From the NCBI RefSeq assembly GCF_004010195.1, contig NC_057720.1, positions 18,014,425 through 18,078,424 of the forward strand: a DNA stretch of 64,000 nt, in the 5' to 3' direction. Positions 38,956 through 51,486 of this stretch are shown here, piece by piece. The stretch is from Chiloscyllium plagiosum (Eukaryota). The notes beneath the pieces are model-generated. The model saw nothing but the letters and a program-made list of their open reading frames with translations, had not been told where the DNA came from and did no database searches. The position numbers and the translations under genes are program-made. The stretch's first letter is position 1, and every line of letters starts with the position of its first letter.

Positions 38956-39752
38956 TTAGAGTCATAGAGATGTACAGCATGGAAACAGACCCTTCAGTCC
39001 AATTCGCCCATGTCAACCAGATATTGTAAATTAATCTAGTCCCAATTGCCAGCATTTGGCCCATAATCCTCTAAACCCTCCCTATTCATATAACCATCCA
39101 GATACCTCTCAAATGTTGTAACTGTACCAGTTTCCACCACTTCCTCCAGCAGCGCATTCTATACACGCACCACCCTCTGTGTGAAAATGTTGCCACTTAG
39201 GTCCCTTATAAATCTTTTCCCCCTCACCTTAAACTTATGCACTCTCATTTTAGACTCCCCGACCCTGGGGAAAAGACCTCGTCTATTTATCCTATCCATG
39301 CTCCTTATGATTTTATAAACCTCTATAAAGGTCACCCTCCAGCCTCTGACTAAATAGCCCCAGCCTATTTAGTCTCTCCCTATAGCTTAAACCCTCTAAC
39401 CCTGGCAAGATCCCTGTAAATCTTTTCTGAACCCTTTCAAGTTTCACAAACTTCCTTCCAATAGGAGGAAGACCAGAATTATACACTGTATTTAAGTGGT
39501 CTAACTGACGCCCTGTATAGCTGCAACATGACCTCCCAACTCCTATACTCAATGCACTGACTAATAAATGCAAGCATACCAATGCTTTCTTCATTATCCT
39601 ATCTACCTGCGACTCCACTTTCAAGGAACTATAAACCTGCACTCTAAGGTCTCTTTGTTAAGCAACATCCCGCTGAACCTTACCATTAAGCATATTAAGT
39701 TCTGCCCTGATTTGCCTTTCCAAAAGGCAGCACCTCACATTCATCTAAATTG
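38956..39752 (-). mobile_element. CR1 LINE 3' portion
   Basis: Minus ORF with SLKVESQVDR..LERVQKRFT..LPGLEGLSYRERLNRLGLFS. The tail is tagagtcatagag on +. Confidence 0.92.
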
Positions 39753-41359
39753 TCTAAGTCTTTGCTGCAGGGTCTCATGTTTAGAACAAATGAAGACAGA
39801 ATTGGATCCTTACACAATTCCACCTTCTGACAGAAAATCCTGATACTCACCTCCAAGACTTGAGGAAAAATAATTTTGACTTAGTCAAGATACTTATGGA
39901 GCATTATGAGGGCTTGGAGCCAGGGACTCTTGGCCAACTTGTTTGGAGGATGAGGTGTGTAACAAAATGTCTGAACAGGATGAGGAAAAGTATCTTCAGA
40001 AGGTGCTTCTAGCATTTCAGAATAACAAGCAGCTTTCAGATGGTATTGTGACCTTGTCCACCTCAAGTCAAGAACAATGTTTTCAAAAAACACATGGAAC
40101 CAAACTTAGATAGGCTTTTGTAATGTAAAATGTGGGAACAATATGACCAATAGTTACTATTTTCTAACTGTATTTCCTCGATCATATCTTTTCTCAAAGT
40201 ATCAGGTGGTAAATTTTAAGTAAATTACACAAACAAGATTCCTAGCTTTTAATATGAGGTGCTAAAGATGATACCGAAAATTCCGCCCTGTATAGATGCT
40301 AGAGAATTCATTTCCAGCATGTATACCGCTGCTTTGGCACATCACTTTTAATTTTTCCATATCATTTTTAAATAGTATCATAATTTATAAACATCTGGAT
40401 TATTACAGTATTCTTGTAAATAAGAAATCAATTGATTGAATGCATTCGAGAAAAAAATGCAAGAAAAAAAACTGGTGTCAAATAAATTGGAGCTACTCAG
40501 ATGCTGTTGTGGAAAGGAATTTAAATATTTAGCACGTGTGTAGTTTACAGATAATATGAAATAGAATTGCTTCGGACTTGGATCATGCCACTTGTGCTCT
40601 CATAACCTTCAATATTTAACACAGTCATGAAAGACAGCCACTCCTATGTAGACAAACCTTTGGAGCTGTATGCGAAACAAAATCTACTTTATATTAAGAC
40701 ATATTGCCAAGAGGCAGCCTTGTTTCCTGTTGGGTGTTGTAAGACTGGCAGTTTCAAAAATTCAATTTCTTTCTGCATGCAAACTCGACAGGACATGTCT
40801 GAAATATGCCAAGTGTGCTGATTGTTGGGTTCTAAATCAATGGGAGTATGTACTAAATACCCATAACATTTCTTAAATCAATGCCAGGGCCTGAAGGTAG
40901 CTTGTGGTCTGCCACTAAACTTGCTTAACATACTATATTGATTGGCTCAGGGCCAGTGGCTTCACTGACCATCATTTGAATATCCTTACTCTTCCACAAT
41001 CTAGGTAGCACACACCAGTCTTACAACACCCAACAGGAAGCAAAAGCCTCTTCGTGGTAATATGTCTTAACATTTTTTGTTCATCTAGAGCTCCAAAAGC
41101 TTGTCCTCATAGGACTGTGTGACTTTCATATTTTTCTGTGGAAAATATTGAAGATTAATGAGAGCAGAATTCAAAAAATGAAAATCCTACATTTATAAGA
41201 ACTAAGTTATAAAGTCACAATCTTTGGTAGGCATATAAAACATCATTTCCTAGAGTATACACTGTTTTGAAACAGATTTTACATTAAAATTCTAACTATA
41301 GTTTTCACAATGAAATTGCAGCAAAAAATTAATTAGAGATAAATAAGAAATACAAACAG

Positions 41360-41628
41360 AAACATAGAAAATAGGAGCACGGGTAGGCCATTTCGCTCTG
41401 AGCTGTCCCATCATTCAATATGATCATGATTGATCGTCAAACTCAGTCTCCTGTTCCCGCTTTCACCCCATACCCCTTGATCCCTTTAGCCCTAAGATAT
41501 ATATCTATCTCCTTTTTAAAAACATTCAATGTTTTCTGTGGCAGAGAAAGCCACATGCTTAACAACTTCTGGGTGAAGATATTTCTTCTCATTTCAGTCC
41601 TAAATGGCCTACCCTGTATCCTCAGAAC
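41360..41628 (-). mobile_element. CR1 3' end fragment
   Basis: LRIQGRPFRTEMRRNIFTQK..FKKEID, with the tail agaaacatagaa on +. Confidence 0.85.
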
Positions 41629-42965
41629 ATTCATACAATAGTGTGAAAAGCAACAGTGCTGAAATCTGTAGCTGTCAGGTGGGTCACAAAGTGTTGTAGA
41701 GTAATGAACACATGGAATATTTAAAACAAAACTATAATCCATAACAACTTTCAGGTTCCTGCACTGGACCCTGACTGAGGCACACTTTGTGTTGTGTCAT
41801 AATAGAGAGCAAGCAACTGTAAAAGGGAAGCACCAAAGTGTGAAATTATGGTACATTTTAAAAAAAGAAACATTTAGTTTTTTTATTAGATTAATATATG
41901 ACATTGTAATATATGACATTGCATGGTAATGCAATGATCATTTAAAGAAAATGGAGTACTAGTCTAATGTAAGAAAAGAACTTGCACCTTCTTTAGGCAA
42001 TCTATTAATGCGTAAAACCAACAGGGCTGCTGATTTAAATTTGTTTCCCCTCATTAGAAGTTGACTGTTAGCCGGTTGTGGTCAACATTTCACGTAGAGC
42101 ACATCCCTATCTTCAGGAAGATGAATCTGCAACTTTGCTTCTCTTAGTTTTCCACGAATATTTGGAGAAGTAAAATCACAGATTGCCTTGCTGATAGCAA
42201 AAGGGCCACACCAGGGTCATTCTGTCTTAACTATCCAACAATACATCAGTATTTCAATTTCCTGATAAGCCTATGTTACAAGAACAATAGCACTTAATCA
42301 AGCTTCACTTTTCTACTGAGTTACAGATTAAAGGATACGAACATTACAAACACCTTCAACAACTGAGTTTTATGAATGTTACGAAAAGCATTCTTTAAAT
42401 TTCCACACACACAAACTGACCGCTATCTATCAAATCTTTCACATTTCCTACTGTGAAAACAACAAACAACTCAACTAGAGTCACCACAGTTAGGATACTT
42501 GAGACTAACTGAAATAATTGGCGTCTACCTTCAATATGGCCTCTATTAGAGGGAGTTCCTCCAATTGACATTTTTAATTTATTGCTCATAGAAAGTCAAT
42601 AGGCAAAGTTTGGTTAAAAAATGGCAATTGAAACTTACATTACAATGACCTCCTAATAGATGAATCAAGTTGTCTTGGCCATTATAGTATACTTATAACC
42701 CGCAGATTGTGAATAGAATTGCAATTGCGATGAGTTGAATTCAAATAACCTGAAACTCTTGTGTAGTGAAGTTGTCAGACATCCCTGCTGGCAAAATAGG
42801 CAATCCAACAGAAGCATGTCAGCAACAAGGTGAATTTCAGATAATTCTGAATTAGCTGAACTTGCACATGGTTATGATTCTGTTAATCAAGTGGAATGCA
42901 GTATGGCCATGCAAGAGCAAAACCACAGGCAAGGCATAATTTTATATTAAGAACCTTCTGTAAAA

Positions 42966-43094
42966 TCCTTCTTCAGACTTGTGCCTGAAACGTCGGTTCT
43001 CCTGCTCCTCGGATGCTGCCTGGCCTGCTGTGTTTTTCCAGCACCACATTTTTCAATTCTGGTCTCCAGCATCTGCAAGTCCTCACTTTCTCCT
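42966..43094 (+). mobile_element. Mini PLE-terminus insertion
   Basis: Ends ...gtcctcactttctcc. TSD AACCTTCTGTAAAA (14 bp) at 42952-42965 and 43095-43108. It begins with the inverted core fragment ccttcttcag. Confidence 0.87.
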
Positions 43095-43229
43095 AACCTT
43101 CTGTAAAAGGATGTTCAAACTTGCAAGTATGGCTAAACCAACAGGGCTGATGATCTAAATTTCTTTTTGTTTTCCTGATTAGGAGTCAACTATTAGCCAG
43201 TTGTGGTCAACATTTCACAGAGATCAAAA

Positions 43230-44830
43230 GAGAGCCATCACTTGGAGATAAAGTGAAGGTGATACAGCAAGTGGAAAACTATGGCTGAAGCTAAAAGTGA
43301 ACACTACGAGTCAATGCCAAAGTTGACCAATCATTCTGAAGAACAAAGTGAACATCTTGAAACAGTTTGACAAGTAGACTTGCTTTCCATCAAGCTAGAG
43401 GTTAAGTATGGCTATCTAGACAGATGAAGAAGCTCTATTAACATGGCTCATGGCAGTTCAAGTACAGGATTTTTTCCACTTCTTGTTCAAACCTACAGAA
43501 CAGAGTCTGGGCTGGGCCACAGCCACAGAATTTGCCTGCAGTTGTTGGATTGCTGGATCAATTCAAGACAAATCAAGTCATTACAATATAAGCAGCAAGG
43601 ATGTGGCTGTTACTGGAGTAATGACATAACTTGCTGCAAAATTGTCCATGCCTTGTTTAGGCATGCACCCAGAAACATTTTCACCCAGTGCGTTAAATTG
43701 GACTGATAAAATTTATTCGGTGAAAAATGATCTAATAGTTAAAGATGAAATGTGCTGCAATGAAAGTCTAAGAAGCCACAATGCGATGTGAATGACAGGA
43801 TACTACCCATGGGGTACAACAAAACCATCTGGAGAGCCTAAACATTTGAGTCTTGGATCAGAAGACCAGACAAAAGGTATTAATGGAAGCAAAGGAAGAT
43901 TTTCCTCAGTACAGACAACTGCCTCATTCATCCATTCAGACATTGTTGGGCTCAAGAGTATCAAACTAATGTTATCACCAGATATCATGGCCAAACTCCA
44001 GCCAATGAATTTGGGACAATTAGGAACTTGAAAACCAACTACCAACGGCAACTCATCTCTCAGGTTACTGAGGTCATCACTAAGAAGTTGAACAGCTGTT
44101 CTAGAGGCTATGCTCATAAATAAGGTGGCATGGAAAAATATGATGTAAGTCACATTTGTCAACTGATTCCACTACATCAGGTTCAAAAGGGTATTAATTT
44201 TGCAAGATACTGAGAGTGGAGGAAGGGCAGATTGAGGCCAAGTGAATGATGCTGAGGTGTTTCTCACTTAGCTGTGGGAGGTTGGTATGGAAATTCCAGC
44301 AGATAACCATGGAAACTTATGCTGAGGCAGATGACACCACATGCAGCACAACAAAACTGACAGAGGAGGCGGTCATAGATGCAGTACACTCTTAACGAAA
44401 AAGTCTGATGACTCCGAAGAGCCCAAAGAATACCCTTCCAGCTCACCTACCGGTTTCTTGAGATAGAGCCACAAAGGCATAGAGATGCTCCAGGATTTCT
44501 CATTGCAGCACCAACATGTGGAAAACACATTTAACATGGTAGACAACATCATAGTTGAAGGCAAGATGTGAAGCAGAAAAAGGTCTCAGTTTTTCTGAAG
44601 CAAACTCGCAACATTTTTCAACGTCTTCTACTTTACAAGATCAGATCATTGAAAGATGTGAGCAACTGAAAAATAAAGACTTTTTCACACATTTACCATG
44701 TTACTCTGTTTTAATTTTTTCACAGAGCACGTTTACAGGTAAGTTGATTTACATGCAGCCCTTCCTCCATTAACTTGAAACTCTACTTCACACAAATTTG
44801 ATGGCAGGTCCCTGCAATCAACTGTGTGTG
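43230..44830 (+). mobile_element. Fossil pogo/Tigger-type DNA transposon
   Basis: DDE-region remnants H.DIVGLKSIKLMLSP..AKLQPMNLG..NLK.NY and AWKNM.*VTFVN*F resemble the pogo/Tigger signature (IKL.FLP.N.T..LQP.D.G; AW..V...TI.NCF). TIRs were not identified. Confidence 0.65.
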
Positions 44831-46436
44831 ACTTTTTTTTGTAAATTACCAATTTCTGGCAGGCAGGTTAAACTAAAAGATAGGAAAATGATGACTTCCA
44901 CATGCATAGGTTGCCAAAAACAGGTCAGCAAAAATAACAATTGATCACAAAACTTAGGTGTGCTTTTTTAAATTGTATAATCTCAAAGGCATTGCTCTCT
45001 CAAAGAATTACATAGAAATTACAATATTAAAGGGGCCTTTAGCCCAACCAGCCTGTGCAACAAGCAGTGGTGTTAATTTCATTTGCTTATTCTGCATTCA
45101 TATTTTCTATAATCATTCATTCTATTCTTATACATAGATACAGTCTCTCCATAAATCACTAGGTCCTGAAATATATCCCATATACTCTCAAATCTTGATT
45201 TTTAAAATTCTTAAGTGTCTTCTATTAAATCCTAAATTGGTGCACCCTTATTGCAAATTCTTCAATTACTGAAGTCGGTTTTTATCTATTGTTATTGTGT
45301 CACCTTTTATTCTATCATCCTGCAGAGAAATACAGATCAACTCAAACAGTTTGAGATTATGCTTCACCAGATCAAATAGTTCAAATTATATTTATCCATC
45401 CTGTCCCCAAACGCCTTTCAATTCCTTGTACTTCATGAAACTGTCTAAACTAATCTTCAACATAGTTTCTGTCATAGCCACTAACTCTGGAAGAGAATTT
45501 CACTGTAACACGGATGCTCCTACTCTCTGTTTTAAATTACTTGCATCTTGTACCAGTTAGCCTTTATTCTTGATCCCTCAGCTTCTGGAAAAATAACTAC
45601 TTGTGTTTATTATTAACTGTCCTTTACAATGTTGTATTACTTGAAACCTGTGCAGTTCCAGCAAAAAAAGCTTATTTAGCATGCATCACCCTAGTAGGTG
45701 CAAGAAGTACTTTTGTGAAAACCTCATTACCATTCACATAATGCAGTTCAATACTGCATGCTATTTCAATTGAATCTTAAGGTTTTTTCTTTAAAACAGA
45801 AAATAGCTTTTTAAGCACATTTCTCTAGTTCCACTGATCTTCTAAATAGTTAAATTTATCTTGCATATTGGTGCAATCTAATTGCGTGGCATGAATATTC
45901 CTAGCCACTTGTCAGTCCAAATCTCTCATACTATCCAGACCTTGCTGCATTTGGAAATGAACTGCTTCAGCATGAGGAATCATTAATGGTGCTGAACACT
46001 GTGCAATAAGTGAACACCCAGTAAGTTCAGGGGAGACAGGCTACAGTGGACAACGGAAACACAAAGAAAGATTGCTTTTATGATGCTAATAGGTTTCAAT
46101 GAAGAGATGAAGCGCAGTTAAGAGATCACAGGAAGAGGTCCAGGTGGAGGGGGGATATTGTAGACGGGTGTAAAAGGGTCCATAAAGTGGTGAAATTAGT
46201 CCTGTCCAAAGACAAAAGTGACAGAGGAATAGTTCACTGTCATGCCATGTCAGAAATTCTTTGAGATAAAACTGAATGCCTTTGCTGAGTCGGAATCACT
46301 TCTGTGTCGCTGTTGCATCTGCTCCAATAACATGATCTTCTGTAGGGGGCACCCTCACCACCTATTCCACTTGTTCTCCCTCCCCCTTTGTCAGCAGCAT
46401 TAAAACCATCATTTTCCAGCCTCCTTCAGAGGAGTC

Positions 46437-46605
46437 TTTGATTTGATTTATTATTGTCACATACACATAAATACAGTGAAAAGTTTTGCTTCATGTGCCG
46501 TACAGGCAGGTCATAACATACAAAGACACAAGTATCATAGGGTGACGAAACAGAGCAAGGAATACAAAGTTACGGCTGCAGAGGAGGTATACAAAAGCAA
46601 CGTCA
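46437..46605 (-). mobile_element. Short Rex1/Babar 3' fragment inserted in an old PLE terminus
   Basis: tttgatttgatttattattgtcaca..acagtgaaaag matches 48870-48920. The host resumes at ctcgaaacatgaactg..acagatgc. Confidence 0.6.
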
Positions 46606-46970
46606 AGCACTGGCTCGAAACATGAACTGTTTCTTTCTCTACAGATGCAACCAGACTTACTGAATTTCTTCAGCATTTTCTATTTTTATTTAGTCCGAAG
46701 CTGTGCTTGGTTTGAAGCGTGCAATTTAAAAACCTTAATCCATCTGCTGTATTCTGTTACATAGCCGGAATAAGTGACTGCACTATAAACACTACTGTAC
46801 TTACTTGAAACATGCCCACATCATAAAATCAAATGGGCACTAGCAGTTGTCAGCACAATTAATAATGCCATTAAGTATTTAATAAATCTCACTTACTAAG
46901 TTTATGAAATTGAAGACCAGCTTCTTGTGCATGGCTTCAATTTTGGTGCACCTTTATCCACAACGAACAG

Positions 46971-47175
46971 TGTGTAGTGCTGGAAAAGCACAGATCAAGC
47001 AGCATCCGAGGAGCAGGAAAATTGACATTTTGGGCATAAGCCCTTCATCAGGAAACTGGCTTATGCCCGAAACATCGATTTCTCCTGCTCCTCAGATGCT
47101 GCCTAATCTGCTGTGCTTTTCCAACACTACACTCTTGACTCTGATCTCCAGCATCTGCAGTCCTCACTTTCTCCC
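46971..47175 (+). mobile_element. Mini PLE-terminus insertion forming a hairpin
   Basis: An inverted arm (46971-47054) precedes a forward arm ending ...ctgcagtcctcactttctcc. TSD CCACAA(C/T)GAACAG at 46958-46970 and 47174-47186. Confidence 0.87.
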
Positions 47176-48869
47176 ACAATGAACAGAAGAGACATATGTT
47201 GAGTTTAAACTTCTGTACTCCCAGCTATTCTACCACAAACCTGCCGAGATACCTAATCCTTGAAAGTGTGTCCAGCTGACCTAGAGCACCCACAGTGGGA
47301 TTTGAAATGACTTGTCAAATTTTCACACGCTATTAAATGTCTATTCAACCAGGACATACACACCTGCAGACCCGACAAAAGGATGGGAGTAGTCATCCAT
47401 CACAAGTGTGACTAAATCAACAAAATGTATGCTTTTCTTGATGACGACTTCAACTTTGCATCTGTTGGACCTGCCTTGCAGCATGACCAGTCAGTCTTGC
47501 CCGAAAGTTTAACACACCAATCAGTATCATGTGTTTTTCATCTATACATCTCTCCCCTGTCATCATTAAAAATCTCTTTGTCTTTTGCTCTGGACACCCT
47601 CCTCCATTAGTTCTACTTGTTCCTCCATCCCCTTGCCAATAGCACAAAAACCATCATTTCCAGTCTCTCTGGTTCTGACTAAGAGTCACACTAGGTTCAA
47701 AATGTTATTTTAATAGCTCTCTCGACAGATGCTATCAGACTGCAGAGTTTGTCTAGCACTCTATTTTTATTTTTCAACCATCATCTTATTTGTTTCTTAT
47801 GACTCCAACTTTTCTCCTGGATTCCCATGGCCTCTAGTTTGATTAGGGTTCCTTGATGCCACATTTGGTCAAATAGTTCCTTTATGTATCATCTCACATT
47901 TTCTGAATATTATGAAATTCAACTCTTATCCATGTTTAAAAGAAATCCATTTTGAGGTCAGAACATAAGTGGCCCTGGAAAAACCCAAGCTGAGTATCAG
48001 TGAGTAGGTTGTTGCTCAGTAAATGCTGCTTGACAGAACCGTCGATGACCCGTTCCATTACTCTACTAATGACTGAGAGTTGACTGATCAAGGTGGCAAT
48101 TAGTTGGGTTGGATTTTTCTGTTTGTTGTGTACAGAATTGTTCACATTGTCAGACAGGTGCCAGAGTTGTGGCTGCACTGGAATACCTTGGCTAAGAGGG
48201 CAGCAAGTTTTGGAGCATACATCTTCAGCTCTGTTGAAGATTGTGTTGGAGTACAATTCTGCTGCTGCTGATGGTTCACAGTATTTCATGGATGCCAGTC
48301 TTGAGTTGCTAGATTTATTCAAAGTCTATTCAATTTAGCATGGTGGTAATGTCACAACATGATGGAGGGTATCTTCAATGTAAAGGCTGGACTTAGTTTT
48401 CACAAGGACTATGCAATGTTCACTCCAACTGATACTTTCATGGACAGGCTATAGTTGTGGAAGGCAGATTGATGATGATGAGATCAAGTATCTTTTTCCC
48501 CTATTGTTATTTGTCTCACCACTTGCCACAGACCCAGTCAAGCAACTATATAATTTCAGATTCTGACAGCTTGATCAATGGTGTTGCTGAGCTGACAGTG
48601 AAGGCCCCCATCCAGAGTACATTATGCACTCTTGCCACTTTTAAGTGCTTCCTCCACGTGATGGAGGGTTACTGACACATCAGCCAGGATGGCACAGTAC
48701 ATGTCCCAGGAGTCTACACTGAGAACTTCCAGGAAGGAGAAGAAACCTGAGTCAGTAGTCCATCCAAAACCCTGTGATATTGCAGCTCTTGAAAGAACCA
48801 TCCAGGCACATAGTGGCCTTCACAGGCACCCACATAGTCAACACAACCCAACAAATATCCATCATTTGT

Positions 48870-50060
48870 TTTTGATTTGATCTGATTATTGTCACATGTA
48901 CTGAGATACAGTGAAAAGTACTGTTTTGCGCACTAACCAGACCAATCACACATTACATAAGTACGTCAGGGAAATAGAACAGAATGCAGAACAGTATTAC
49001 AACTGCAGAGAAGGTGCAGAGAAAGATCAACTATATATATAGGAATCTGTTGGTATATCTTTTCAAACTTTTGTAAATTGAATCTTTTGGTACATGTTTC
49101 TAAACTTCTATATCTTTTGCCAATGGAAGAGGGTGGTAAAGAGTATAACTGGGTTGGGAGGGGTCTTTGATTACATTGCCTGCTTTCTCAAGACAATGGA
49201 AGGAGGGCTGATTTTTGTGACAGTGGGGCTATGTCCACAACTCTGTGATTTCTTGTAGTCTTGGGTAAAGTAGTTGCTATACTAATCTGTAATACATCTG
49301 GACAGGATTCTTTCTATGGTGCATCTATAAAAATTGTTAAGAGTTATTGTGGATATGGCGAATTTCCTTAGCTTTCTGAGGAAGTGGAGGTGTTGATGTG
49401 CTTTCTTGACTGTAGCGTCAACATGAATGGACCAGGACAGATTATTGGTGATACTTATTCCTTGGAATTTGAAGCTCTTGGCTACCTCCACCTCAGCCCC
49501 ACTGATACAAACAGGGACCTGTTCTCCGCTCCACCTCCTTAATTTGACGACCAGTTCCTTCATTTTGCTGACACTGAGGGAGGGATTGTCGTCATTGCAC
49601 AATGCCACTAGGCTCTCTATCTCTTTCCTGTGCTTAACTCATCACTTGAGATCTGACCAACTATGGTGGTGTCATCAGTAAATTTGTAAATGGGGTTAGA
49701 GCTGAATTTGGCCACACAGACATGATTGTATAAGGAGTATAATAAAACGGAGCACTGGTGTTGAGGAGAAGCTGCTGTCGCTTATCCTTACAGATTACAG
49801 TATGTGGGTCAGGAAATTGAGGATCCAGTTGCAGAGGGAGGAGCAGAGTCCTAGGTATTGGAGTTTGGAGATGAGTTTGATTGAAATAATAGTGTTGAAG
49901 GTGGAGCCAAAGTCAACTCGTATCCTTGTTGTCCAGATGCTCCAGGGTTGAATACAGGGCCAGGGAGATGGTGTCTGCCTTACTGTGACAGAAAACAAGT
50001 TGTAGTGGATCATGATAATCTGGGAAGCTGGAGTTGATGTGTGCCATTGCTAACCTCTTA
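48870..50060 (-). mobile_element. Rex1/Babar LINE 3' portion
   Basis: Minus ORFs [26 protein letters not shown] and SKMKELVV..VEVAKSFKF.G..ITNNLSW..KKAHQHLHFLRKL..NFYRCTIERILSRCIT. The tail is (ATCAA)n-like. Confidence 0.85.
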
Positions 50061-50108
50061 GATGAAACGGTCATTTTTGCTTTGAAGGGTGAGCAACAAG
50101 ATTTTTAT

Positions 50109-50438
50109 GGGCGGCACGGTGGCACAATGGGCGGCACAGTGGTTAGCACTGCTGCCTCAAAGCGCCAGAGACCCGGGTTCAATTCCCACCTCAGGCAACT
50201 GTGTGTGTGGAGTTTGCACATTCTCCCAGTGTCTGTGTGGGCTTCCTCCGGGTGCTCCGATTTCCTCCCACAATCCAAAAACGTGCAGGTTAGCTGAATT
50301 GGCGAGGCTAAATTGCCCGTAGTGTTAGGTGAAAGGGTAAATATAGGGGAATGGGTCTGGGTGGCTTGCACTTCAGCGGGTCAGTGTGGACTTGTTGGGC
50401 CGAAGGGCCTGTTTCCACACTAAGTAATCTAATCTAAT
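50109..50438 (+). mobile_element. HE1-type V-SINE (tRNA head, V-domain, CR1-derived tail)
   Basis: A box (tggcacagtggttag-like), B box ggttcaattcc, V-domain gtgtggagtttgca..ttcctccgggtgctccg.tttcctccca, and a CR1-like tail gggccgaagggcctgtttcc..(taatc)n. Confidence 0.92.
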
Positions 50439-50892
50439 AATTTTAACAATGGAGTAATTTGCAAATTGGAACAGAGGAACAAATATTTTTTAAAAAATCC
50501 TTGTATGCATTTCGCCATCACAGGTTTACATTGGCTCCTATTGTATAATCCAATTAGCAAAAAAAAGCACACCAGTGGCCTTCCATCAGTAATTAATTAC
50601 TTTGGATTAGTCTAGATTTGGAACTTGGTCTCAACCTAAAATTGAGCAGTGAGCATTGGTTAGGTTTAATGCTATGAATATGAGCTTGATTCCTGCTGGA
50701 AATATATGTTTATGGAACACAGCATAGGACTCAAATATGATGCTTGTTATGATAAAATAACTCATCACAGTCTCCATGTTTTAGGTGAAGTATGGAAGAT
50801 TTCTCCGGAACATTTAATGAGTCAGCAGTAAATTTGGATTTGGGACGGAAGAAAACAAAAAAAAAAATCAGCAGAAGGAACAGATATGTGAC

Positions 50893-51486
50893 TTAGACAA
50901 TAGACAATAGGTGCAGGAGTAGGCCATTCTGCCCTTCGAGCCTGCACCACCATTCATTATGATCATGGCTGATCATACTCAATCAGTACCCTGTTCATGC
51001 CTTATTTCCATAACCCTTGATTCCACTATCCTTGAGAGCTCTATCCAACTCTTTCTTAAACGAATCCAGACACTGGGCCTCCACTGCCTTCTGGGGCAGA
51101 GCATTCCACACACCCACCACTCTCTGGGTGAAGAAGTTTCTCCTCATTTCTGTCCTAAATGGCCTACCACTTATTTTTAAGCTGTGTCCTCTGGTTCGGG
51201 ATCACCCATCAGCGGAAACATGTTCCCTGCCTCCAGAGTGTCCAATCCTTTAATAATCTTATACGTCTCAATCAGATCCCCTCTCAGTCTTCTAAACTCA
51301 AGGGTATACAAGCCCAGTCGCTCCAGTCTTTCAACATAAGATAGTTCCGCCATTCCAGGAATTGACCTCGTGAACCTACGCTGCACTCCCTCAATAGCCA
51401 GAATGTCTTTCCTCAAATTTGGAGACCAGACCTGCACACAGTACTCCAGGTGTGGTCTCACCAGGGCCCTGTACAGCTGCAGAAGA
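50893..51486 (-). mobile_element. CR1 LINE 3' portion (relatively young)
   Basis: RPHLEYCVQVWSPNLRKDILAIEGVQRRFTR..RLRGDLIETYKI. The tail is tagacaatagacaatag on +. Confidence 0.93.

Noticed and set aside
43443..44773. Domesticated TIGD/CENP-B-like gene
   Set aside because: The transposase remnants are broken by many stops and frameshifts, so this is only a fossil.
46339..46352. CTCF-like motif TCTGTAGGGGGCAC
   Set aside because: The match is reasonable and CTCF sites are known in the mammalian EVI5-GFI1 interval. However, it is a single hit with 5' mismatches, inside or adjacent to old repeat sequence, and cannot be supported without ChIP or conservation data.
50109..50190. tRNA gene
   Set aside because: The A/B boxes belong to the SINE head, which continues into a V-domain and LINE tail. 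There is no full cloverleaf.
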